Shown: positions 26,272-33,603 of the stretch, piece by piece
Position numbering within the stretch: the stretch's first letter is position 1
Layout: each line of letters opens with the position of its first letter
Assembly: GCA_027061805.1 (NCBI GenBank)
Contig: JAMOWA010000040.1
Location: 50,974-114,973, forward strand
Length of the DNA stretch: 64,000 nucleotides
Direction of reading: 5' to 3'
DNA from: Thermoanaerobaculia bacterium
GTDB lineage: Bacteria > Acidobacteriota > Thermoanaerobaculia > Thermoanaerobaculales > Sulfomarinibacteraceae
Program-made: the position numbers and the translations under genes
The notes under the pieces: model-generated
What the model saw: only the letters and a program-made list of their open reading frames with translations
Told to the model about the DNA's origin: nothing
Databases searched by the model: none

Positions 26272-27007
26272 GGAGGCCTCCCGCGGCGAAGAACTGGCGG
26301 ACCCGTTCCGGTCCCTCCCGTGCCGCCTCGTCCGGCGTGCCGGAGTAGATGAACCGTCCCTCATGGAGGAAGACGATGCGCGTGGCGACGCGCACCACCA
26401 GGGGGATGTCATGGGTCACCACCACCGACGTGACGCCGAGGCGCTCGTGGAGCGACCGGATGAGGTCGGCGATGGTCTTCCCGGTGAGGGGGTCGAGACC
26501 GGTGGTGGGCTCGTCGTACAGGATGATCTCCGGCCTGAGGGCCAGTGCCCGTGCCAGGGCAGCCCGCTTTCTCATGCCGCCCGAGAGCTCCGACGGGAAG
26601 AGGTTCTCGGTTCCCTCGAGCTCCACCATGGCCAGGAGCTCCTCCACCAGCTCCTCCAGCTCTCCGGGCGATGGGGAGCCGTGTTCCAGCACGGGGAAGG
26701 CGATGTTGTCGAAGACGTTCATGGAGTCGAAGAGGGCCCCTCCCTGGAAGAGGTAGGAGACCTTGAGCCGGATCGAGAGGAGCTGCCGCTCGTCGAGCTC
26801 GGAGACGGGCTCGGACAGCACCGTGATGGATCCCGAATCGGGATGAAGGAGCCCGTTGATCAGCTTGAGAGTCACTGTCTTGCCGGTCCCCGAGCCTCCC
26901 AGGATTGCCACCGTCTCCCCACGGCCGATCTCCAGGTCCACACCGCGGAGCACCCGCTTGTCCCCGAACGACCGGACGACGCGACGGAAGGAGATGGCGG
27001 GTTCCAT
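26264..27007 (-). CDS. mlaF: ABC transporter ATPase MlaF
   Basis: Walker A GGSGTGKT, signature LSGGMRKR, Walker B ILYDEPTTGLD. Confidence 0.85.
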   Translation of the reverse strand: MEPAISFRRVVRSFGDKRVLRGVDLEIGRGETVAILGGSGTGKTVTLKLINGLLHPDSGSITVLSEPVSELDERQLLSIRLKVSYLFQGGALFDSMNVFDNIAFPVLEHGSPSPGELEELVEELLAMVELEGTENLFPSELSGGMRKRAALARALALRPEIILYDEPTTGLDPLTGKTIADLIRSLHERLGVTSVVVTHDIPLVVRVATRIVFLHEGRFIYSGTPDEAAREGPERVRQFFAAGGLHA

Positions 27008-27759
27008 CAGAAGCTCAGGAACAGCTTGGTGAGGAAGAAGTCACTGATCAGGATCCCGATGGAGGCGGCGTAGACCGTGGTGGTCGTGGCCCGGCCCACC
27101 CCGTCGGCGCCGCCCCGTGCCGTGAGTCCCTGGTAGCACCCTGTGATGGCGATGAGGAAGCCGAAGAAGAGGGTCTTGGCGATGCCGGACCCCACGTCAT
27201 TGAAGTCCATGATCCGGAACACGTGCTGCACGTAGAAACCCGCCGTGGAACCCTCCTCCACCACGGCGATCACCATCCCGCCGAGAATGCCGAGGCAGTC
27301 AGCCAGGATCGTCAGCAGTGGCAGGGAGATCACCAGTGCCCAGATCCGGGGGACCACGAGCTTCCTGACGGGATCGGCTCCCATGGAGCGCATGGCGTCC
27401 ACCTGCTCCGTCACGGTCATGGAGCCCAGCTCGGCGGCGATACCGGAGCCCACCCTGCCGCCCACCATGAGCGAGGTGAGCACGGGTCCCAGCTCGCGAA
27501 CCAGGGCCATGCCAACCACCTCGCCCACGTAGAGGCCCGCACCGAAGGCCGACAGGGCGTACGCGGTCTGGAGCGCCAGGACCATGCCCGTGAACAGGGC
27601 CGTGATGTTCGTGAGGTTCACCGAGCCCACACCGAGACGGTCGACCTGATGAAGTGTCTCCCGGATCTGGAATGGGGGTGTCGTCATCCTCACCACCGCC
27701 CTGCCCGCCAGGCGGGTTGCCGCACCGAGGTGTACGAAGAATGCCGTGAGTCCCGTCAT
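27007..27759 (-). CDS. mlaE: ABC transporter permease MlaE
   Basis: MlaE-type pattern: RELGPVLTSLMVGGRVGSGIAAELGSMTVTEQVDAMRSMG. Confidence 0.85.
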   Translation of the reverse strand: MTGLTAFFVHLGAATRLAGRAVVRMTTPPFQIRETLHQVDRLGVGSVNLTNITALFTGMVLALQTAYALSAFGAGLYVGEVVGMALVRELGPVLTSLMVGGRVGSGIAAELGSMTVTEQVDAMRSMGADPVRKLVVPRIWALVISLPLLTILADCLGILGGMVIAVVEEGSTAGFYVQHVFRIMDFNDVGSGIAKTLFFGFLIAITGCYQGLTARGGADGVGRATTTTVYAASIGILISDFFLTKLFLSF

Positions 27760-27866
27760 CGTGAACTGCTTCAGCGTGGTCCATGATACCGGATCGGGTG
27801 TGTGGACGGGGGTGACCGCGCACGGGTGTTGGAGCTACAATGGAGGTTCCAGAAAGGAGAACCGCC

Positions 27867-28340
27867 GTGCAGATCGTTGAAGGAATGCTGGAGGCTTCCG
27901 GTCTCAGGTTCGCGCTCGTGGTGAGCCGGTTCAACGAAGCCATCACCTCTCGCCTCCAGGACGGGGCCGTGGACTGCCTGCTGCGTCACGGGGCCGAGGA
28001 GGAGAACATCACCGTCGTCCGTGTCCCCGGGGCGTGGGAGATCCCGATGGTTGCATCCCGGCTGGCCTCTTCCGGTGACGTGGATGCCGTGGTGTGCCTC
28101 GGGGCGCTGATCCGCGGAGGCACCGTCCACTTCGACCTGATCGCCGCCGAGGTGGCCAAGGGGATCGCCCAGGTTGCCATGGCTGCCAGGGTACCGGTGA
28201 CCCTCGGTGTGGTCACCGCCGACACCCTGGAGCAGGCGGTCGAGCGGGCCGGGGCCAAGATGGGCAACAAGGGCTGGGACGCGGCCCTGGCCGCGGTGGA
28301 GATGGCGCAGCTGTACAGAGGGCTCGGCGGGGAGGCGTAG
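27867..28340 (+). CDS. ribH: 6,7-dimethyl-8-ribityllumazine synthase
   Basis: [50 protein letters not shown] 27867 lies 8 nt after AAAGGAGA and gives a homologue-like N-terminus. ORF-track ATG 27840 is the alternative. Confidence 0.85.
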   Translation: MQIVEGMLEASGLRFALVVSRFNEAITSRLQDGAVDCLLRHGAEEENITVVRVPGAWEIPMVASRLASSGDVDAVVCLGALIRGGTVHFDLIAAEVAKGIAQVAMAARVPVTLGVVTADTLEQAVERAGAKMGNKGWDAALAAVEMAQLYRGLGGEA

Positions 28341-28757
28341 ATGGGGGTCCGGAGGCGGGCCAGGGAGCTGGCGCTCCAGATGCTGTACCAGCACGAGCTG
28401 ACCGGGGAGCCGCCGGAGGCGATCCAGTCCGATTTCGAGGTGTGGAAGACCGCTCCCGAGGCCGCCCAGCTCTTCGCCGACGAGCTGCTCCGGGGCACGC
28501 TGGAGCACCTCGAGGAGATCGACGGGCTGCTCGCCCGGCAGACGGCCCACTGGAAGCTGGACCGGCTCGCCGCCGTGGACCGGAACATCCTGCGCATCGC
28601 CATGTTCGAGCTCCTCTATCACCGGGAGACCCCTCCGGCCGTGGTGATCGACGAGGCCATCGAGATTGCCAAGCGTTTCGGAGCCGAGGAGTCGAGCCGC
28701 TTCGTCAACGGTGTCCTCGACGGCTTCGTGAAGCGCGGAAGGGCACATCCTGAATGA
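28341..28757 (+). CDS. nusB: Transcription antitermination factor NusB
   Basis: RRRARELALQMLYQ..LDRLAAVDRNILRIAMFELLY..PPAVVIDEAIEIAKRFG..FVNGVLD. Confidence 0.9.
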   Translation: MGVRRRARELALQMLYQHELTGEPPEAIQSDFEVWKTAPEAAQLFADELLRGTLEHLEEIDGLLARQTAHWKLDRLAAVDRNILRIAMFELLYHRETPPAVVIDEAIEIAKRFGAEESSRFVNGVLDGFVKRGRAHPE

Positions 28758-29716
28758 AATGGGGCGTCCTGGCCGCCGCCCTCCTGACGGCCGGCTCACT
28801 GATGGCTGGCGAGGCGACATTCATCTTCTCGGGAACGCAGCTTCCGGTGGACCGCGTGGTGAACGGCCATGTCCAGGAGGTGACACCGCTGGGCTCCGGG
28901 CGTGTACGGGTCCAGGTGTCCGTGCACCTGGATCCGCTGGATTCCCGCGGAGCGGTCGAGGGGGGAGCACGGGCCATCACCGGTGTGCCCGACTGGTTCG
29001 TCCTGCCCACAGGGCTGTCACGGCGGCTCGGGGGGATCGGCGGTGCGTGGGGCCGGGCCACGGCCGTTCTCTCCTGGGTGATGAGGCATGTCGCCATCGA
29101 CGTGGAGGACATGACGCCACAGGACGCGGCCACCGTCCTCCGGACGGGGAGTGGCAGGTGTTCGGGTCTTGCCAACGTGAGCGTGGCGCTGTTGCGGGCG
29201 GCCGGTTTCCCGGCCCGCACCGTGAGCGGCGTGCTGGTGGGGAAGGAAGGCCCGGTGCCCCATCGCTGGCTCGAGTGTCACCTTCCGGCTGCGGGCTGGG
29301 TTCCCTCCGATCCAACCCTTGGCCTCTGGGTGATCAGCCCGCGGCACGTGGCCTTCGATCACTCCGTGGCGGAGCTGCCACGGATCGAGATTCTCGGTGT
29401 CACGGAGGTTCCGCTCCGGGAGCTGCCCCTCGTGGAGGGGTGGCCGGCTCGGGTCAACGAGGGCGGTGAGCTGGTGTGTACCGTGGTCGAGGGCTGGGAC
29501 GGGACGCCGGTGGATGCCCGGCTCGAGGGCCCCGGGGGCGACCGGAGAAGACTCCGTCTCAGTCCGGGCGGGACCTTCGCTGGCCTGGCCCCCGGAGAGT
29601 GGACACTCACCGTCATCCGGTCCGGCACGGTGGTGGACAGGAAGATCTTCACGCTGGAATCGGGTGGCGCGCTGAGCTATGCCGTCCGTCTTCCACGACG
29701 TCCGGAGGTGGGGTGA
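28754..29716 (+). CDS. Secreted transglutaminase-like (Cys-His-Asp core) protein with C-terminal beta-sandwich
   Basis: Signal peptide. GSGRCSGLANVSVALLRAAGFPARTVSG..HRWLECHL..GWVPSDP is the transglutaminase-core pattern. ATGA overlap with the nusB stop. Confidence 0.75.
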   Translation: MKWGVLAAALLTAGSLMAGEATFIFSGTQLPVDRVVNGHVQEVTPLGSGRVRVQVSVHLDPLDSRGAVEGGARAITGVPDWFVLPTGLSRRLGGIGGAWGRATAVLSWVMRHVAIDVEDMTPQDAATVLRTGSGRCSGLANVSVALLRAAGFPARTVSGVLVGKEGPVPHRWLECHLPAAGWVPSDPTLGLWVISPRHVAFDHSVAELPRIEILGVTEVPLRELPLVEGWPARVNEGGELVCTVVEGWDGTPVDARLEGPGGDRRRLRLSPGGTFAGLAPGEWTLTVIRSGTVVDRKIFTLESGGALSYAVRLPRRPEVG

Positions 29717-30324
29717 TGCGGCGCGCACTCTCGGGTGATCTGGCCCATCTGGGCCCCCGGGCAGTGCTCCGGTTGCTGGCCGCCGGGGAGGCGACGGGGG
29801 TGCTCGAGCTCACGACATCCTCCGCGAGCGCCCTCGTTCGCTTCCATCGGGGGAGGGTCGAGCGTCCCGGAAGCGCGACCATGGGGGCGCTGTGTGAGAT
29901 CCTCGAGAGCACTGCCGGGGAGTTCCGTTTCGACCCCCGGCCGCCGGAGGAGGTTCCCGGGAATGCGCTGGATCTTGCGGCGCTCCTGGACGCCTGCCGC
30001 CAGGCCGTTGCAGGTACCCACCACGGTTTCTCGGTGGAGAACATCGGAAGGACGGTGGGCCACCCGGACCCGCAGATCCATCTCCTGGGGCGTGGTACGC
30101 CGGAGGATCCCCTCGAGGACATGCTCGCCGAGCTCGAGGCCTCGGCACCCGAGGAGCTGCTCTTCGCCCAGGTGGGTATCGTGACGGCGGATCCCAGGCC
30201 GTGGCGCGGGAGCCTTGAGGCGGACTGGAAGCGCCGGGGCTGGGAGCTCTCGGTGTACGGGGCCCCGGACGAGCTGGTCCTCATGGGCCGGCGGCTGGGG
30301 GGTGCCCTGGTGGGTCGGCGCTGA
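29716..30324 (+). CDS. DUF4388 (PatA-N-like) domain protein
   Basis: LSGDLAHLGPRAVLRLLAAGEATGVLEL is the characteristic DUF4388 opening. ATG 29716 overlaps the upstream TGA. Confidence 0.65.
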   Translation: MRRALSGDLAHLGPRAVLRLLAAGEATGVLELTTSSASALVRFHRGRVERPGSATMGALCEILESTAGEFRFDPRPPEEVPGNALDLAALLDACRQAVAGTHHGFSVENIGRTVGHPDPQIHLLGRGTPEDPLEDMLAELEASAPEELLFAQVGIVTADPRPWRGSLEADWKRRGWELSVYGAPDELVLMGRRLGGALVGRR

Positions 30325-30378
30325 ACTGTATCCAGAAGTGGCGGTTTCCTCTGTCAGGAACCAATATCGTCGAGTCTC

Positions 30379-30407
30379 TTGACACCCGCCGCCCTCACAG
30401 TCACAAT
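30379..30407 (+). promoter_or_regulatory. Sigma-70-type promoter TTGACA-N17-CACAAT
   Basis: Read directly. The ORF-track start codon at 30379 is the TTG of this -35 hexamer. Confidence 0.45.
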
Positions 30408-30510
30408 GTGGGCCATCGGTAATTGTCGTACGGTCCATGAATCTGGAAGGACCGGAGAGATCGCGGGCCTCCTGGGGAGACGGCGCGGAGGTGATTCTCG
30501 GAGGCGGAGC

Positions 30511-32358
30511 ATGGAGGGTGACATGGAGGTGGGCTTGATCACACTGGCAATCGAGGGAAGCGGTGGTTCGGAGTTGACCTACCAGCTGAGCAAGACATCG
30601 ATCACGGTGGGTGCGTCCGATCGCAACGATGTGGTGATCCGTTCGCCCGGTGTGGCTCCCCGTCACCTGGTGATCCAGAGGACCGGTGAGGTCACGACCT
30701 TCGTGAGCCACCACCGGCAGCTGGTGGTGCTCAACGGAGAACGCCGGTCCAGGGGGGTGCTCCGGGTGGGGGACCGGCTGAAGATCGGCACGGTGGTGCT
30801 CATCTTCAAGGGCCTCGACGAGGGTTCCATCGAGGTGACCCAGGTGAGCGAGGCCGGGGAGCGGGAGGCCGGTCCGGAGTCCGGTGTGGTCCCCGAGGCC
30901 ACCCCTGCCTCCGGGTCACGATCCGAGCTTGTCCTCTACAGCGAACCGAGCCGGCTGGCCGAGGCGCGTCGCCGGATGGTGGAGATGTTCCGGGGGGCGA
31001 TCCATACCGACCTCATTCCTCCCCTGCGTGCCTTCTTCGAGGACTGTTTTCCCGGCCGGGAATGCATGCTGGCGTGGCTGAACGAGGAGGGGGAGCTGCA
31101 ACCGCTGGTCTCCCTGTGGACGAGCCGGATGCCCGGCCTGCCTGCCCGGACCCTCAACGAGCTGACCGTCGGGGGCCGCTTCGGCCATCTCCATCTGGGG
31201 AGCCGGGACATCCTGGTCTACCCGGTGGATCAGGGGACGCTGGGTCCACCCGCCTTCCTGGTGGTGGAATCGTCCGGAGAGACCGGCAAGGACGATGAGC
31301 TGGTGCTGGCGGAGCTCTCCAGGATCCTGGCCGTCTTCTGGGACCGGGTGGAGCGTTCCCCGGGTCTCTACGGAACCTGGGAGGCGGAAGCCCGCCGTAC
31401 GGTCGAGAGCGCCCTCCCTGGCTCGTCGCACGCCATCCAGGTGCTGCGCGAGGCCGTTCTGGAGGCGGCCCGTGGTGTCCGGCCCGTGCTCATCTGCGGG
31501 CGGGCGGGGAGCGGCAGGAGGCGCACCGCCACCCTGATGGCCTCCCTCCACCCCACGGGTCCGCTTCCCGTGCATGTCTTCGAGGTGGGTGCGTCCGATG
31601 GAGAGGCCCTGAGATCCCGTCTGTTCGGTCTGGAGGGGCCGGGATCAGGGGGGCTGCTGGACCGGGCCAGGGGCGGTATCCTGGTCCTCCCCGAGATCCA
31701 CCGGTTGCCGACGACCTTCCAGAGAGAGGTGTGTGCCGCCATCAGGTCGGACCTGGAACGGGCCTACGGTCCCATGGTGCGGTGGGTGGCCACGGCCGAG
31801 GAGGACCTGCTGAGCCTCGTGAACGAGGGCAGCCTCGATGCGGACCTCTTCAACGTCTTCCAGCACCACCTGATGAAGGTCCCGTCTCTGGCCGAGCGCC
31901 GGGAAGACCTGTCCCTCCTCATCGTGACACTGCTCCACAACCTTGCCTCCGAGCAGGGCAAGGAGATCCGCGGTATCGAGCTCGAGACGCTGAACTCCCT
32001 TGTGATGCACCCCTTCGAGGGGGAGATGGCAGAGCTGGTGACGGAGCTCCGGCGCCTGGTGACGGCCACCCCGGACGGGGCGATGGTCCGGGGCAGGGTG
32101 CCGCTCCGTCCCCTGGCGCCCGGCGAGGCTCCTGGCGGGGGGGCCGGTGATGTCACCGGTACGGAGTTCCTCTCCTGCGACGATCTCAAGGTGGTGATTC
32201 CGGGGGTGGAACGGCTCGTCATCGACCGGGTGCTCCGGAAGACCCTGGGCAACCAGAGCAAGGCCGCCAGGATCCTCAACCTCTCGCGGGGAGCCCTCAT
32301 CGCCAAGATGAAGGACTACGACATCCCGGATTACCGTTACCTGCGAAAGAAGAGGTAG
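30511..32358 (+). CDS. FHA-domain regulator with GAF-like middle region, degenerate sigma-54-activator AAA+ module and Fis-type HTH (pseudo-bEBP)
   Basis: FHA region: ITVGASDRNDVVIRSPGVAPRHLVI..LNGERR..LRVGDRLKIG. Walker A is degraded to GRAGSGRR, GAFTGA is replaced by GPGSGG, Walker B reads ILVLPEI, and the FRxDLYYRL arginines are absent (LDADLFNVF). HTH: AARILNLSRGALIAKMKDYDI. ATG 30511 follows GGAGGCGGAG. Confidence 0.75.
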   Translation: MEGDMEVGLITLAIEGSGGSELTYQLSKTSITVGASDRNDVVIRSPGVAPRHLVIQRTGEVTTFVSHHRQLVVLNGERRSRGVLRVGDRLKIGTVVLIFKGLDEGSIEVTQVSEAGEREAGPESGVVPEATPASGSRSELVLYSEPSRLAEARRRMVEMFRGAIHTDLIPPLRAFFEDCFPGRECMLAWLNEEGELQPLVSLWTSRMPGLPARTLNELTVGGRFGHLHLGSRDILVYPVDQGTLGPPAFLVVESSGETGKDDELVLAELSRILAVFWDRVERSPGLYGTWEAEARRTVESALPGSSHAIQVLREAVLEAARGVRPVLICGRAGSGRRRTATLMASLHPTGPLPVHVFEVGASDGEALRSRLFGLEGPGSGGLLDRARGGILVLPEIHRLPTTFQREVCAAIRSDLERAYGPMVRWVATAEEDLLSLVNEGSLDADLFNVFQHHLMKVPSLAERREDLSLLIVTLLHNLASEQGKEIRGIELETLNSLVMHPFEGEMAELVTELRRLVTATPDGAMVRGRVPLRPLAPGEAPGGGAGDVTGTEFLSCDDLKVVIPGVERLVIDRVLRKTLGNQSKAARILNLSRGALIAKMKDYDIPDYRYLRKKR

Positions 32359-32461
32359 GCGCGTCGCGCGGGGAAGACCGTGGCGCGATGGCGGCTTCCC
32401 GCTGCATCCATGGTGGCGGGCCGGTCGCGATGCTTCCCTGCGCGGCCCGTGTGCAGCCGGG

Positions 32462-33061
32462 TCACCTCGTGTCGGGAGCTTCCCTGGAGGGCAACGGGAG
32501 GATCCCTGCCACAAGGTCCCAGTTGTAGGCGATCCACAGGACGAACGGCGCCCCGAGCCGCATGGGGAGGTCGGTGAAGTACTGGAGGAAGGCGTAGGCG
32601 TTTCTCGCGAGGGAGGAGAAGTTCCGCTCGCTCCATGGCCCCAGGGCCGTGGCGTAGGTGAACTTCACGTGGAAGAGCACGTTGAGGGACTGGATGACGA
32701 ACAGCAGGCACCAGGCCATGAAGAGCCGTTCCAGCTGACGCCGTGAGAACGGCCGGGGGAGGGCCAGGAACAGGGCCAGGAGGACGATGGTGTTGAAGTG
32801 GACCTGGGTGAGCGGGATGGGGGGCAGCCGGGATCCCGCACGGAGATCGGAGCGCGTGACGTGGGCCGCATGTTCCCGGGCCGCCACGAGCGTGACCCGT
32901 GGCACCTCGTAGGCCCGGATCAGGAGCTGGGCCGTGCCGGCGACCGCGGCGTCGAGGCCGGGCCGGAGCAACACCCAGATCAGCGTGGCCACCACCGCGG
33001 CCACGGGGAGCCTCCTCAGGAAGGTCCGGTGAACGTCAGTCGGTGGCAGTTCCGCGCCCAT
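32462..33061 (-). CDS. Polytopic membrane protein co-transcribed with the exosortase (candidate exosortase-associated factor)
   Basis: About four hydrophobic helices (VAAVVATLIWVLL, IVLLALFLALP, FMAWCLLFVIQSL, FVLWIAYNWDLVAGILPL). Its start overlaps the exosortase 3' end by 26 nt. Confidence 0.6.
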   Translation of the reverse strand: MGAELPPTDVHRTFLRRLPVAAVVATLIWVLLRPGLDAAVAGTAQLLIRAYEVPRVTLVAAREHAAHVTRSDLRAGSRLPPIPLTQVHFNTIVLLALFLALPRPFSRRQLERLFMAWCLLFVIQSLNVLFHVKFTYATALGPWSERNFSSLARNAYAFLQYFTDLPMRLGAPFVLWIAYNWDLVAGILPLPSREAPDTR

Positions 33062-33602
33062 ACCGGCCTGCCCAGAAGACCCACAGTGCGACCCCGGCGA
33101 GGATCACGATGGACTGCCACACCACCACGTGGGCGTTGTTGAACCACGACGGGAAGAAGGCCCCGATGTAGTAGAGAGAGACGATCCGGATCATGTTGAT
33201 CAGCTGGATGGCCACGATGCCGCCCACGACGCCGATGAGCTTGGGCCGCCACCCCACGGGGAAGGCCAGGACAGCGGAAAGGAAGATCAGCGTCGTGATG
33301 AGCCCGTTGCAACCGTTGAAGATGGTCACGGCAAATCGGGGCGAGGCCAGGAGGCACCCCCGGACCGTGACCTTCTCGCCGAGGCCCTGGAGGATCCTGC
33401 CGGCGACCTTCGCCACGCCCGCGGTGTAGGGGTCCACGAAGGCGTCGTTCACGGGCTTGAGGGCGACGATGCCAAAGCTGGAGACCAGAAGGCCGACGAA
33501 TACCAGAAGAAACCTCGTCTCCGGCCTGGACAGCAGGGGCGAGCGTCTGGCTCCGGTGGAGCGGTCCTGCGGGTGCCTCGTGGAAGGGGAGCGCCTGGCC
33601 AT
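33036..33602 (-). CDS. Compact exosortase/archaeosortase-family transpeptidase (188 aa)
   Basis: Polytopic membrane protein carrying the family Cys/Arg/His signature in order: TIFNGCNGLITTLIF, QLINMIRIVSLYY, NNAHVVVWQS. Confidence 0.7.
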   Translation of the reverse strand: MARRSPSTRHPQDRSTGARRSPLLSRPETRFLLVFVGLLVSSFGIVALKPVNDAFVDPYTAGVAKVAGRILQGLGEKVTVRGCLLASPRFAVTIFNGCNGLITTLIFLSAVLAFPVGWRPKLIGVVGGIVAIQLINMIRIVSLYYIGAFFPSWFNNAHVVVWQSIVILAGVALWVFWAGRYGRGTATD

Positions 33603-33603
33603 C

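Noticed and set aside
30379-30510. N-terminal 44-aa extension of the FHA regulator from ORF-track TTG 30379
   Set aside because: That TTG is the first half of a TTGACA -35 hexamer. ATG 30511 has a strong SD, and the FHA domain begins just after it.
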